Assembly (NCBI GenBank): GCA_965203295.1
Contig: CBDBCZ010000019.1
Location: 2,496,001-2,560,000 of the forward strand
Direction: 5' to 3'
Source: Nitrospirales bacterium
Lineage (GTDB): Bacteria > Nitrospirota > Nitrospiria > Nitrospirales > UBA8639
Length of the DNA: 64,000 nt
The notes under the pieces are model-generated. The model did not search any database. It was not told the DNA's origin and saw nothing but the letters and a program-made list of their open reading frames with translations. The stretch's first letter is position 1. Each line of letters starts with the position of its first letter. The translations under genes and the position numbers were made by a program. Positions 31,045-42,715 of this stretch are shown here, piece after piece.

Positions 31045-32473
31045 TTATGAGACTGAATTTTGATTCGGAAGAGAGGCTCTATCGATTATTGATGAGACAT
31101 CTTGAAGACCAAGACGGTTAAGTTTTTTCCACAGAGTAACTCGACTCACTCCCAGTAGCTTGGCTGCTTCGGTCTTGCTTCCGTTTGTTTTTTGCAGCGC
31201 CTGTACAATTCGAGTGCGTTCCGATTCCTCTTCTGGCTTTAGTAATCGATGAGTTTTTTCCTTCTGCGGATTGACAGAAGGGACTCGTAACTCGGGCGGG
31301 AGATCCAAAAGGGTGAGGCAATCTCCACTCACGGTCACAAAACCATGTTCTATCGCATTTTTGAGTTCCCGAATATTCCCTGGCCAAAAATAATTCATGA
31401 GGTACTGCATGGCATCTTTGGCAATTTCCCTCACTGATCGTTTGTGGGTACTCGATGCCTCACGAATAAAATGGTTCACTAAGAGAGGGATATCCTCCCT
31501 TCTTTCTCGTAACGAAGGGAGTGTGATTTCAAAGACATGGATCCGATAATAAAAATCCTCGCGTATTTCTCCGCTTGCCAAGAGAGTTTTTAAATTTCGG
31601 TTGGTCGCTGTCACGAGACGGACATCAACTTTGATTCCGCAGTCATCGCCCACCCGACGTATCTCCCCTTCTTGCAGAACACGGAGGAGTTTGAGCTGAA
31701 GAAGTGGGCTCGTATCCCCAATTTCATCCAGAAAAAGAGTTCCCCCGTCTGCGGCCTGAAACACTCCGACCTTATCACGCACGGCCCCCGTAAAGGCCCC
31801 CTTGACGTGGCCAAACAACTCACTTTCCAGAAGCGTTTCGGGAATGGCTGAACAGTTGATAGCAAAAAATGGGTTCTCCTTCCTTGAACTTAAGGCATGA
31901 ATGGCCAGAGCCGCGAGTTCTTTTCCTGTTCCGGACTCTCCCGTCACTAAAACCGTCACCTCACTCTGGGCAGCCAATCTCAGACGATGAAAAACCTCTT
32001 GCATGATCGGACTCTTCCCAATCAACTGTTGGAAAACCTCTCGGGATTTGACTTGTTCTTCAAGAATTTCAATCTTTTCATTGGCTAGGATGAAAGAGGT
32101 TAAATCTGTAAAGGTCTCCACAGCCCCGACAACTTTTCCGGTTTCATTTCTCAGCACTGAAACGTTTCCGTGGAGATAGAGTTCCCGGCCATCGCGTCCC
32201 AACACCTTACATTCTTGGTTGCAGATTCCCCATGGATGGTCAGTGGAATTCTCTAAAAATTCAGTGAGCTTGCTGAACCCTTTTACAATTCTGACCTTCT
32301 AGAATGTGACAAGACTTCCCCACGACTTCTTGGCTAGATTACCCGGTAATTCTGGCTGCTCCTACACTCCAAACAACGATGATTCCCTTAGCATCGACCG
32401 TAAAAATGCCATCTGCCATGGAATCAGCCATGCTGCTCAAAATGATCGGGTTTTTTCTAAAATCAAGCTCCAT
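31045..32473 (-). pseudogene. PAS-AAA+-HTH sigma-54 activator with in-frame TAA (32339-32341) and +1 frameshift (32281-32284)
   Basis: GESGTGKE, GAFTGA, LFLDEIG, HTH; upstream frame MELDFRK...DGIFTVD..GII..W..GAARITG*SSQEVVGKSC. Confidence 0.85.
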
Positions 32474-32890
32474 TCTGCCTCGATTCGGAATCAGCTTAAT
32501 TCTGCAACAGATACCTCATGTAAATATCACCAATCCACATCTCATATCTCTTCTATATCTATATTCTCAAGAACACCCAAAAACCTAGTATCAGAGCTTC
32601 TTGAACTCGTCGCTGCATTTCTTCGCTCAATGATTTGCTCTTTTTCGCTGGATGCCTATGCCTGAAGGTTTTGGAGAATGTCTGTAAGGGTCATGGAGTA
32701 CTCGCGCACTTTTGGGAATTCGTTTCCAAGAGAAAAATCCTGTAACGGTAGGATCTGCCTGAAGGATAGAAGTGCCTCCTAAAACCTCTCAACATGAATC
32801 GCGGATGGGTGCGACTCCCCCTTCTCTGGAAGCCCACCCACACGATCATCCATAGGTTTCCCTAGTTAAACGAGTCTAGCTTTTGGTGCT

Positions 32891-34576
32891 CTAGAGTGAG
32901 GCTAATAGAGATTGAAAGGACGGATCGGTCTCTACCAGGCCTTTCAATGTATCGTTCTTGAGAAGATATTTCCAGGATTGCAAACTGGATCCCGGAATTT
33001 TTTCGTACCATTGGCGAGCCTCAGTTAAGAGCTCTAACATGGCCTGATTATCCCGGCTAGCTCGAAATGCTAAACTATAGGCTTTAGCATAAGACGTGGT
33101 GAATTTATCCATCGGGTTATTGGTTAAATGATAGGCTTCATCTGCTTCTTCATATCCCTTCACAATATCAGGGTCGTCGAAATGTCTATTCCACGCAACT
33201 TTACTAATCCGAGACCAAGCCAGCTCCAACAAAATCCTCGCACGTAACTCTGATTGATCGGATGGAATTTCAGTCAGCAATTGTTGTGGCGCCATTATGG
33301 CTATCATCTGATCATTCGTCCATCGGTACGCCAGACTCAACCGTAGCCGGTTGTCGAAGTTCCCTGGTTGCAAATCACTCAACACCTCCATGCCTGGGAT
33401 CATCCTATACAAATAATCAGCCGGAGTTGGGTCAGACTTTCCCCCCATTTCCATATGCAGAGAGATATCCATTCGATCTGTTTGTGCTTGTATCGTCCAA
33501 TAGAGTTCATTAAATCGTTTAGCTAATTCTTGATCACGAACCTCAACTCCATGGATTTTTGAACCATACGCCAAAAGTCCGTCATAGAGCTCATCACCGA
33601 TTGCTTCTAAGGCATGCTCATGTTGAGGACTGATCGCTAATATTCGATTTAACATCGTGATACGTTCTCTTCGGCTCGGAAAAGCTCTGGCTCGGATGAC
33701 GGCTGCTGTAAGAATGTCGGGAGCATACTGAGGTTCCCACCACTCAGTAGATTTTTGCATGTACCCTCCCGCCTCAATCACGAAGGGAATCGTCGTCCCA
33801 AAGGAGGTTTCCAATGGAATGTTTAAAACGGCCACATCAGTCGGGAAACCATGTTTCTTCAGGTCAGAAAGGACGACCCACTTAGTGATAACCGCCTTGA
33901 CGGGTCGTACGGGCTTTTTGTACGGGACGGCCCAATCTTTTTGCCCAGGAGCATTGGCCACAGGGGCATGAATGGGGTCTGAGTAATGGACCTTCATCCG
34001 CACCAGCATCGTTGGTACGGCTACCACTGGATCCTCATCTCGGATTTTAAAGGAAGCATGGGGTAAGGGCCCAACTCCCAAGGGCTCAAGTGTATACCCT
34101 AACGAACCAGCTGTGGATCCAATATGTTCCATCACAAAATACGAAGGGGAAAGTTGTCTGGCACCAGTTTCTGCGATCAAAAACCGTTTGAAATCGGCGA
34201 AATTGACGATCTTATCTTTCCCTGGCCATAACTCATCCAACCCTCGGTCGTGGCGATCAATCGCCCCGGCGTGGGCCGATGCCACTCGCTCCCAACACCA
34301 GGAATACACTGGATCGGAAGGTGGAGCAAAATTCCCGTCTATAGCTGAGCCATCTTGAAGCATTTTCAATAAACACACGATGTCATGTTGAGCAGCCACG
34401 ATAGGATTACTCGTTGCTAATGCATTCGCATACCGGGCAACAGCTTCAATCCCAGCCTTTTCCTGTTCCGCTATGACGTTCACGGCGGCATAGACTTGCT
34501 GGTCCGCACCGTACCCCATGATGATGACGGATCCACTCACGAGCACACCCAGAACGATCGTTTTCAACCTACTCAC
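32891..34576 (-). CDS. Large exported hypothetical protein with helical/TPR-like C-terminal half
   Basis: Long open frame, GGAGGAG RBS before GTG 34576, N-terminal hydrophobic segment. Confidence 0.75.
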   Translation of the reverse strand: MSRLKTIVLGVLVSGSVIIMGYGADQQVYAAVNVIAEQEKAGIEAVARYANALATSNPIVAAQHDIVCLLKMLQDGSAIDGNFAPPSDPVYSWCWERVASAHAGAIDRHDRGLDELWPGKDKIVNFADFKRFLIAETGARQLSPSYFVMEHIGSTAGSLGYTLEPLGVGPLPHASFKIRDEDPVVAVPTMLVRMKVHYSDPIHAPVANAPGQKDWAVPYKKPVRPVKAVITKWVVLSDLKKHGFPTDVAVLNIPLETSFGTTIPFVIEAGGYMQKSTEWWEPQYAPDILTAAVIRARAFPSRRERITMLNRILAISPQHEHALEAIGDELYDGLLAYGSKIHGVEVRDQELAKRFNELYWTIQAQTDRMDISLHMEMGGKSDPTPADYLYRMIPGMEVLSDLQPGNFDNRLRLSLAYRWTNDQMIAIMAPQQLLTEIPSDQSELRARILLELAWSRISKVAWNRHFDDPDIVKGYEEADEAYHLTNNPMDKFTTSYAKAYSLAFRASRDNQAMLELLTEARQWYEKIPGSSLQSWKYLLKNDTLKGLVETDPSFQSLLASL

Positions 34577-34680
34577 AAAGAGACTCCTCCCTGAAGAAAA
34601 ACAAAACCACCGATGATACGAATCACTATACCACATGAAGCATTCTCCTCAAGACAAATGAATTAAAGCTGATTGAGCCA

Positions 34681-35148
34681 TCAATTGACATGTTGCTGAT
34701 CTCTTGAGTCATGAACGACAACGCTGCCATTCATCACATGGCCGGGAAGGTCACAGAAGAAGGGATAAACACCTGCTTGTTGGGGAACAAACACAATGTC
34801 GGTTTGGCCGAACGATGGCAGAAGAACCCGTTGTAATCCATCACTGCTAAATTCCGGAGCCCCGTTCCCAGCAACATGAAAACTCGTTTTCGTCAAAAGA
34901 TCTAACGGAACAAAGGCATGAAGCTCTGCATCAAGGTTTCGCAAAATAAGTCGGGTTTTCTGCCCCACTTGGACGGAGACAGTATTTGGTCTAAATTCCC
35001 GTGACTCAATGTCCACCGTCACCTCCACCTGATGATCTCCTGACGCCAAGTTCGGAAGAGGCTTAGCCAGGATAACGGGGACAATTTCCAGGAGAGCCCC
35101 AGTTCCCATTACGATAACGCATGCCGCAACGACGGCCCAAAATCTCAT
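34681..35148 (-). CDS. Exported cupredoxin (type-1 copper) protein
   Basis: FRPN, N.DAELHAF, GVYPFFCDLPGHVM.G (His/Cys/His/Met). Confidence 0.82.
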   Translation of the reverse strand: MRFWAVVAACVIVMGTGALLEIVPVILAKPLPNLASGDHQVEVTVDIESREFRPNTVSVQVGQKTRLILRNLDAELHAFVPLDLLTKTSFHVAGNGAPEFSSDGLQRVLLPSFGQTDIVFVPQQAGVYPFFCDLPGHVMNGSVVVHDSRDQQHVN

Positions 35149-35558
35149 ATCAGGTACTCCGTCCAATTTCCTGTCGTTGAAATGAGCTTGATCTTCCCTG
35201 TAGATGGGGGGCCAATACAAAGAATCAACTAAAGGGATTGTACAAGGTTTGCTACGAAAAACGAAAGTTCCTATCTTCATTCACCCTTGGATTCTCGTCT
35301 CACAACTAAAAGATTTTGATAAAGAGAGCAATTTTCACAAGAAAAGGGTTCGGGAAACCACAATGATCCGACCACATGCTTCGCCCCATCCAGCTCTGAT
35401 GACATAACCATCATGGAAAGGGAATAGTCTTTCAGATAGCCAGTATGCGTAAGGAATTCTTGCCTTGAAATTCATCCATTGACATTTTCCCTACAGGGCA
35501 AATCGATTAGAATCTCTTGTAATGACCTCTCAGTGGTTTAAATAGACCCTCGGCACTG

Positions 35559-35927
35559 ATGGACGCGAAGCAGGGCACAACAAACAAGTATCAATTTTCC
35601 GGAATCGACGACCGAGAGCGGGGGTTTACTCGGCAGGTCGACGTTACTGTTTCGGATGGAACATATCGAGCCGTTTTTTGGTATGAGTCAACGCGTGTAG
35701 AAGTGGACTCCTGCGGGACTGAAGTGACCGCGTTATCAAACTTAATCCGTAGACTTCAGGAAAAAGGGTACACCCAACTTCGATCGCAGTGGATCTTCAA
35801 AGGGGATCGGTATCTGGAGAATCAAGAGCTATGGGTGGAATACCAGGATCTGCCTTCTCTTCCTGAAAGAGGCCAAACCTGGTGGAACTGGATGCGTGGG
35901 TTATTCACAAAAAGCAGGGCTTCGTAA
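35559..35927 (+). CDS. Hypothetical protein
   Basis: 122-aa ORF filling the gap, protein-like composition. Confidence 0.65.
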   Translation: MDAKQGTTNKYQFSGIDDRERGFTRQVDVTVSDGTYRAVFWYESTRVEVDSCGTEVTALSNLIRRLQEKGYTQLRSQWIFKGDRYLENQELWVEYQDLPSLPERGQTWWNWMRGLFTKSRAS

Positions 35928-35955
35928 ACACTCTCAACTCTTGAATGAGGCTGAA

Positions 35956-37608
35956 CTAGTTCTTGGCGAGCAACTTGGCGAGCCGTTGCGCGATGCGCTT
36001 CATGGCTGTGGAACGGTCGGCAGGATCAAGGAGGACATTGACCACATGCAGGTGGTGAGGATCGGCGATCGCAGAATCCAAGGCTTTGACTGTTTCCCCA
36101 TAGGTACTCACACGATACCCCACCCCTCCGCCCAATAGGTCGCAAATCTTTTCGTATTGCCATTCATAAATATCGTTAAATGGACCCTCGAGGATTTCAC
36201 GTTCAGTGGAATATCCGCGGTTGTTGAGAATCACGACAATGGGGATTTGACCATATCGTAAGCAGGTGGACAGTTCGGTCCCGGTCATTTGAAAGGCGCC
36301 ATCTCCGACCAAGACGATGGGACGGAGGGAGGGGTCAGCGAAAGACGCTCCCAATGCAGCCGGCACACTAAATCCCATAGAGGTATAGTAAGCGGGGGAG
36401 AGAAATTCTGCGCTTTTCCGTACACGAAGATCAGCCGCGGAAAAAAGCGACTCCCCGACATCAGCAATGACTATCGTTTTGTCATGAAGCAAACCATCCA
36501 GGTACCCAAACAGGTCTCGCAGGGTGATCGGTTTCTGTTGAGAAGAGGGTTCAAACCGCACGCTATCGTGAGTAGGCAGAGGCTGGGAAGGGAAAGCGGG
36601 AAGAGGTGATGAAGCAAGCGCCTTGACAAAATCTTCAAACTGCACGCTGTCATAGCGATGATGTTTGATTGCAAGCGTATCTGCTGTCACATGAATTGTC
36701 CGCCCGGCTGCCAATAAAGTCGAGTGGCCGGTCACATCCTCGATGTCTGTTAAGATGCTCCCGAGTGTCAGCAAACAGTCAGCCCTATTCACAAACTCCA
36801 GGACTTCTTCCCGTCCCACCAGGCCCCCATACAAGCCGATATAAAGAGGATGGTCTTCGCGAATCACTGATTTTCCCATAAGTGTCGTGGCGACCGGGAC
36901 ATTCATGTGTTCGACAAGTTGAGTCAGATCATCCTGTAGGGCAAACCGATAGATTTCCGCCCCAGCGAGGATCACAGGCCGTTCTGATCCGGAAAGAATC
37001 CCTCGTACTTCAGTAATCGCCTCCTTAAGGGTCGCGGGATCGCTCCGGCATTCTGTTTCTTGAGGAGGCATCGATGAAGAGACCTTGACCGGAGTCAGCA
37101 CCATATCACGAGGAATTTCTAGATAAATGGGATGCTTATACCGCAGCAGCGCATTCAAGGCTTGGTCGATTTCACGTTCCACCGTCAAGGGGTCATCGAG
37201 GACAACTGAGGCAACCGTCACCTTTTCAAACACTTCCCGTTGAGTCGAAAAGTCCCGAACCATGTGATGCAGAAAAGGATTTTTCACCCGCTCGGCTAAA
37301 CCAAGTGATCCGGAAAGCATGACGACGGGTGACCGCTCGGCATATGCACAGGCGATGGCATTCACAATATTGAGTCCCCCCACGCAATATGTCACACAGG
37401 CTCCGCCAATTCCATGAATCCGTGCGTAGGCATCAGCCGCAAACCCAGCGCAATCTTCTCTCGTCGTCCCGACATGCTGAATGGGTGATTCTTCAATGAG
37501 TTTGTACAGAGTCAGGACATAATCTCCTGGAATGCCGAAGATATGGTTCAATCCAAGTTGATGCAGACGATCAAGGAGAAGGGACCCTATGGTGCGAGAA
37601 ATGGTCAT
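35956..37608 (-). CDS. TPP-dependent alpha-keto acid decarboxylase (pyruvate/indolepyruvate decarboxylase family)
   Basis: FGIPGDYVL, AADAYAR, GDGAFQMTG...ILNN TPP motif. Confidence 0.9.
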   Translation of the reverse strand: MTISRTIGSLLLDRLHQLGLNHIFGIPGDYVLTLYKLIEESPIQHVGTTREDCAGFAADAYARIHGIGGACVTYCVGGLNIVNAIACAYAERSPVVMLSGSLGLAERVKNPFLHHMVRDFSTQREVFEKVTVASVVLDDPLTVEREIDQALNALLRYKHPIYLEIPRDMVLTPVKVSSSMPPQETECRSDPATLKEAITEVRGILSGSERPVILAGAEIYRFALQDDLTQLVEHMNVPVATTLMGKSVIREDHPLYIGLYGGLVGREEVLEFVNRADCLLTLGSILTDIEDVTGHSTLLAAGRTIHVTADTLAIKHHRYDSVQFEDFVKALASSPLPAFPSQPLPTHDSVRFEPSSQQKPITLRDLFGYLDGLLHDKTIVIADVGESLFSAADLRVRKSAEFLSPAYYTSMGFSVPAALGASFADPSLRPIVLVGDGAFQMTGTELSTCLRYGQIPIVVILNNRGYSTEREILEGPFNDIYEWQYEKICDLLGGGVGYRVSTYGETVKALDSAIADPHHLHVVNVLLDPADRSTAMKRIAQRLAKLLAKN

Positions 37609-37802
37609 GGAAGGTTTTCTCATCTCTTTGCGATAGATGAAAATAAGCTCATTGGTCTGATCTCTGGTCGAGATTGCCTCAAATCCGTTACCCTTCTTCA
37701 TCATACCATGAAGGATATCTTCAAGCCCTGCCCAGGGAGCCTAAGAATTCCTAACTTAACCTTGCCTGGAAGAAGCATCCCAGTGAGATTGGACAATCTT
37801 GC

Positions 37803-39091
37803 TCATTCGTCTCTTTCCTTCTTTGTTTCCAGTTTGTCAATGACTACAGCGCCCACGGCGTCTCCCCAGACATTGACGGTCGTCCGGCATCGGTCAAGAA
37901 ACCAGTCAATCACGAGAATCAGAGCAATACCTTCAATGGGAAGATCAACGGCTTTCAGAGGGAAGATCAACGGCTTTCAGAACAATGACCATTGTGACGA
38001 GCCCAGCTTCAGGAATGCCGGCTGCACATACTGCGGCTAGGGTGGCTGTGACAAACACAATAATGGTCTGACCAATCCCTAATTCAATGCCGTAGGTTTG
38101 TGCGATAAACATGGCGGCAATCGCCTCATAGAATGCCGTTCCGTTCATGTTGATTGTAGCACCAAGGGGTAACACAAACCGAGCAATGCGAGATGAAATC
38201 CCTTGCCGTTCGATGACCCCTTCCATGGTGAGCGGAAGAGTCGCTGAACTTGAGCCTGTGGAGAAGGCTGTGGTAAGCGCGGTACCAATATTTCTGACGA
38301 ACGCCCCCACTGGCTGCTTTGCAAAAAACCAAAGGATGAGAGTCAGCGTGACACCGGCATGTATAGCCAACGCAATGAGTACGGTGGCCACATAGGCCCC
38401 GAGGTTGACTAACTGGGACCAAAAACCACTGAACCCTCCAGCTTCTCCCAATCGACCAGCGATTAAAGCGCCAATTCCTATAGGTGCCGCCCACATCAGT
38501 AGATGAATCATCGCCATGACAGCATCGTTTACCCCTATCAAAAAATCGAAGAACGTGTTTCCCTCGTTCACCTAAAGTCGTGAGGACTGCTCCGAAGACC
38601 AGTGAGAACACGATAAGCGGTAGCACGTCGGCATTGGCCATGGCTTGAAAGAGATTTTCAGGAACCAACCCAGTCAGAATGGTTCGGAGAAGATTGGAAA
38701 TAGTCGCTGGTTTTTCAGCGATTCGTGAGGAGATTTCCTCCATCTGCTCTGGCGTAGAGATGAGTGCCTGGCCGTCGCTGGAAACACCTGGTTGAATGAC
38801 CGAAACCAAAATGAGCCCGATCAGCACAGCAGCTCCCGTGGTCGTGATGAAATACAGAATGGTTCGTCCACCTAAAAGACCCAATTTGCGAACATCACCC
38901 AAGCTGGCTACCCCGACAATCATGGAAGTGATGACAAGCGGTACGACCATGACAAACAGCGCACGAAGAAAGATGTCTCCTAAAAATTGGACACTTTTTC
39001 CCGCCTCGGGTATCAATCCCCCTAGAAATGTGCCGGTCACTATTCCGAACAGAATCGAAGCCAGGAGTCGGTGTGGAGCAGTCGGAGTCAT
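37803..39091 (-). pseudogene. Dicarboxylate/amino acid:cation symporter (GltP/DctA family), frameshifted near 38543 and by a 22-bp duplication at 37938-37981
   Basis: VPLVITS, TAFSTGSSSATLP, PLGATINMNGTA, AAGIPEAG; tail [16 protein letters not shown] in a third frame segment. Confidence 0.9.
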
Positions 39092-39204
39092 CAGTAGTCT
39101 CTAGAGACGATATCTCCTCGTGATCCGACCTTCGGTCATTGTGTCTTTTTTACCATTCCGCGGTAGTTAGAAAATCAAGTGGAGCCCCACGATTTCAACC
39201 TACT

Positions 39205-39380
39205 ACGCCGAAGGAGCCCTCCTTCGCCAAGTCGCCGACCGCGCCAAAGCCGCTTTGGCGACGGCGCGGCTTTGGCGGGCACCCGCTTCGCATTTCTCGT
39301 CCGACGCCATAGGCTTTGGCCGACGGCTGTCCACGGCTTGATCCACCCTCCGTAGCCGGCTACTGCGGAGGACGGGCAGA
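39205..39380. repeat. GC-rich REP-like palindromic cluster
   Basis: CCTCCTTCGCCAAG...GGCTTTGGCGGGC, GCCAAAGCCGCTTTGGC, CCTCCGTAG-CCGG-CTACTGCGGAGG. Confidence 0.6.
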
Positions 39381-39476
39381 CGTAGATTCTTGAGAAGGCG
39401 GGTGAATGATGAAGACGAGAGTAGTAAACAAGCAATGTCAACCCAAATGCGTCGGGAAAGTGGCACGAAGTGAGAG

Positions 39477-42359
39477 TTAATAACTCTCCATGGGGGGGCA
39501 GGTACAGACGAGGTTTCGATCCCCATACGCGTTATCAATTCGAGACACAGCGGGCCAGAATTTTTGGTGGCGAAGCCAAGGGGCCGGAAACGCAGCTTGT
39601 TCCTGAGTATAGGGGTGCTTCCATTTCGAGGAAGCGACCGTTTCGATGGTGTGGGGAGCGTTTTTGAGTGGATTATCGTCCCGAGGGAGACGTCCCTCTT
39701 CGATCGCTTCGATTTCTTTTCTGATGAGAATCAACGCCTCGCAATAGCGATCCATTTCTGATTTAGATTCACTTTCCGTGGGTTCAATCATCATCGTACC
39801 TGGAACAGGCCAAGAAATGGTTGGTGCGTGAAATCCGAAGTCCATAAGACGTTTGGCGATATCCTCAACTTCGACAGCCGCACTTTTTTTGAAGGGTCGA
39901 AGATCAAGGATGAATTCGTGGGCAGACAGTCCATTTTTCCCTGTAAATAGAATTGGATAATGCTTGTCCAATCGTTTGGCCATGTAATTCGCATTGAGGA
40001 TCGCCACTTTCGTCGCCTTGGTCATACCCTCTCTTCCCATCAAGCGGATAAACGCCCAAGAAATCGGAAGGATGCTAGGGCTTCCGTAAGGAGCGGCTGC
40101 GATAGGACCAATGGCCTGTTGGCTTCCAGTTTCTCGAAAAGGATGGGAAGGTAAGAATGGAGCAAGTTGAGGTGTCACGCCGATGGGCCCCATTCCTGGG
40201 CCTCCCCCACCATGAGGAATACAGAACGTTTTGTGAAGGTTCAAATGACACACATCAGCACCAAAATCTCCAGGCCGGCAGAGTCCCACCATGGCGTTCA
40301 TATTGGCTCCGTCCATATACACCTGTCCTCCGTGGTCATGGACAACCTCACACACCTCCCGAATCGTTTCTTCAAAAACCCCATGAGTAGACGGATAGGT
40401 CACCATTAAGACGGCAAGCGTCTCACGATACTGTTCGGCCTTTTCTCGCAAATCTTTTAAGTCAATATTGCCTTGGTTGTCGCATGCCACAGAGACAACT
40501 TTGAACCCGGCGATGACAGCACTGGCGGGATTCGTTCCATGAGCTGAAACGGGTATTAAACAAACATTTCGTTGGGCCTGCCCTCGCGTCTCATGGTAGG
40601 CCCTGACCACCATGAGTCCGGCATATTCTCCCTGTGAACCGGCATTAGGTTGCAATGAGACTGCGGCGAAACCAGTAATTTCTGCCAGCCATGCTTCAAG
40701 CTGTCTGATGAGTTCCTCGTATCCATGGGTCTGGTCCTTTGGTGCATAGGGATGAAGCCGCCCGAATTTTGGCCAGGTGACTGGAATCATCTCTGTCGTG
40801 GCGTTGAGTTTCATCGTGCAGGACCCTAGCGGCATCATGGAGTGCACCAGAGATAGATCTTTGCCTTGTAAACCATACAGGTACCGGAGCAACTCATGTT
40901 CCGAGTGGTACCGGTTAAACACCTCATGGGTGAGAAATGGACTGGTTCGAGCAAATGATTCGGGGAGAGAGGATGGACTCGCCGTGGCCACCGATGAGCA
41001 GGTCATTTGGGGTCGGCCTTTACTCGTAAATATTGAGAACAGCCGATCTACGTCGAAAGTCGTCGCCACTTCATCGAGTGAGATCCCAAATGCTCCATCT
41101 TCAAATAATCGAAGATTGACTTGGCGGGCTTGTGATTCGGTGACTACCTGCTCTGTACTGAGATGGAGCGGTTTCACGCGTATCGTATCGAAAAAAGGTT
41201 CAGTGCTGAGCTGACAGCCTAATTGGATTAATCCTTCAGCGAGAATCGCGGTCATGCCATGAACCTGTTGGGCGATCCGCTTCAGTCCCTCCGATCCATG
41301 ATAGACGGCGTACAGGCTGGCGATATTCGCCAGCAAGACTTGAGCCGTGCAAATGTTACTCGTTGCCTTATCTCGACGAATATGTTGCTCGCGGGTTTGA
41401 ATGGCTAACCTGAAGGCCAGATGGTCCGAAGCATCGCGGGACATGCCGACAAGGCGCCCTGGGATTTGCCGTTTATACTCTTCTCTTGTCGAGAGGAATG
41501 CCGCATGAGGACCACCAAACCCCAATGGCACACCAAACCGTTGGCTTGATCCTACCGCGATATCGGCACCGAATTCTCCAGGAGGGCGAAGAAGGGTAAG
41601 CGCCAACAAATCTGTCGCCACGACGACGAATGCCCCAACGTGATGGGCTTGGGTGATGAGATCTTGGTAATTTCGTATGTAACCTTCTGTTGTAGGATAT
41701 TGAAGAAGAATGCCGAAGAACTGTTCTGTTCCAAAAGGGATGTGATCGGTCAAGCCTACCTGAATCTTTATTCCCAGGGGTTCGGCCCGAGATTGCACTA
41801 CGGCAATCGTTTGGGGATGGCAATCCTCTGCGATAAAGAAGGACTGTTGGTCACCTTTTGCCAATGAACGACACATGAGCATGGCTTCGGCTGCTGCTGT
41901 GGCTTCATCGAGCAAGGAGGCATTGGCCAGGGGAAGCCCTGTCAGATCAGCTATCATGGTTTGAAAATTAAACAGCGTTTCTAAACGCCCCTGCGCAACT
42001 TCTGCCTGATAGGGCGTGTATTGGGTATACCATCCTGGATTTTCCAGGACATTTCGGAGAATGATGGGCGGGGTGATGCAATCGTAGTAACCCATTCCAA
42101 TGAAGGACCGGAAGATGTGATTGCGATCGGCTATCTCGCGAAGGGCACTCAGGACTTGCTGTTCACTGAGTGATTCAGGAAGGTTCAATGGCTGTTGCAG
42201 TCGAATGGGTTCTGGGATGGTTGCCTGAACAAGATCATCTAAGGAAGAGAGGCCCAAAGTTCCCAGCATTTCCTGGATGTCAGAGTCTGTTGAGCCCAAA
42301 TGACGGCGAGGAAACGTGTCAAGAGGATGAAGCCAATGGGGAACGGATTGTTCTGTCAT
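39477..42359 (-). CDS. gcvP: Glycine dehydrogenase (glycine cleavage P protein), single chain
   Basis: [59 protein letters not shown]. Confidence 0.97.
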   Translation of the reverse strand: MTEQSVPHWLHPLDTFPRRHLGSTDSDIQEMLGTLGLSSLDDLVQATIPEPIRLQQPLNLPESLSEQQVLSALREIADRNHIFRSFIGMGYYDCITPPIILRNVLENPGWYTQYTPYQAEVAQGRLETLFNFQTMIADLTGLPLANASLLDEATAAAEAMLMCRSLAKGDQQSFFIAEDCHPQTIAVVQSRAEPLGIKIQVGLTDHIPFGTEQFFGILLQYPTTEGYIRNYQDLITQAHHVGAFVVVATDLLALTLLRPPGEFGADIAVGSSQRFGVPLGFGGPHAAFLSTREEYKRQIPGRLVGMSRDASDHLAFRLAIQTREQHIRRDKATSNICTAQVLLANIASLYAVYHGSEGLKRIAQQVHGMTAILAEGLIQLGCQLSTEPFFDTIRVKPLHLSTEQVVTESQARQVNLRLFEDGAFGISLDEVATTFDVDRLFSIFTSKGRPQMTCSSVATASPSSLPESFARTSPFLTHEVFNRYHSEHELLRYLYGLQGKDLSLVHSMMPLGSCTMKLNATTEMIPVTWPKFGRLHPYAPKDQTHGYEELIRQLEAWLAEITGFAAVSLQPNAGSQGEYAGLMVVRAYHETRGQAQRNVCLIPVSAHGTNPASAVIAGFKVVSVACDNQGNIDLKDLREKAEQYRETLAVLMVTYPSTHGVFEETIREVCEVVHDHGGQVYMDGANMNAMVGLCRPGDFGADVCHLNLHKTFCIPHGGGGPGMGPIGVTPQLAPFLPSHPFRETGSQQAIGPIAAAPYGSPSILPISWAFIRLMGREGMTKATKVAILNANYMAKRLDKHYPILFTGKNGLSAHEFILDLRPFKKSAAVEVEDIAKRLMDFGFHAPTISWPVPGTMMIEPTESESKSEMDRYCEALILIRKEIEAIEEGRLPRDDNPLKNAPHTIETVASSKWKHPYTQEQAAFPAPWLRHQKFWPAVSRIDNAYGDRNLVCTCPPMESY

Positions 42360-42715
42360 GGTTTCGAAATCTGAAATAGTAATGGGCACAAATATAAACT
42401 CCACACCGTCATTGCATGTCGTACCCAGATTGAATGAAATAACGTTGGACTTGGGATTCGTTGAACCCCGAGAAATAGAAGCAAGGTGTGAAGTCTTGGT
42501 TCCGGAAGGCCCTCATTCACCAGTTTACAAACGGCGCTCGTCTCTCCACTCAGAATTTTCCAATAGGGTAACATGCCCAAGGGGCTTCTGAAAAGTTATA
42601 TGTCGTGAAAAGTCAAGAAATTAGGCATTTGTGCTTAAGGTTGCGAACGGTTGTTGTTTTACGGTACAGGGGAAGGAATTGATATATTCTTTCTAAGAAA
42701 TTTTGAGGTCAATTG

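Noticed and set aside
32797..32850. tRNA/tmRNA fragment suggested by GGGTGCGACTCCC
   Set aside because: No cloverleaf; the sequence is one arm of an imperfect hairpin downstream of the 32891 gene
39178..39205. tRNA 3' end / attachment site (minus strand ...GGGGCTCCA)
   Set aside because: T-stem does not pair, no CCA context and no integrase in the window
39564..42379. Numerous short antisense and alternate-frame ORFs within gcvP (and similarly in ileS, thiC and the ABC gene)
   Set aside because: Shadows of long conserved genes, without independent motifs
42480..42560. Glycine riboswitch upstream of gcvP (GGAGAGA...CGCCG on minus strand)
   Set aside because: Lacks the following GAAG and CTCTCAGG core elements
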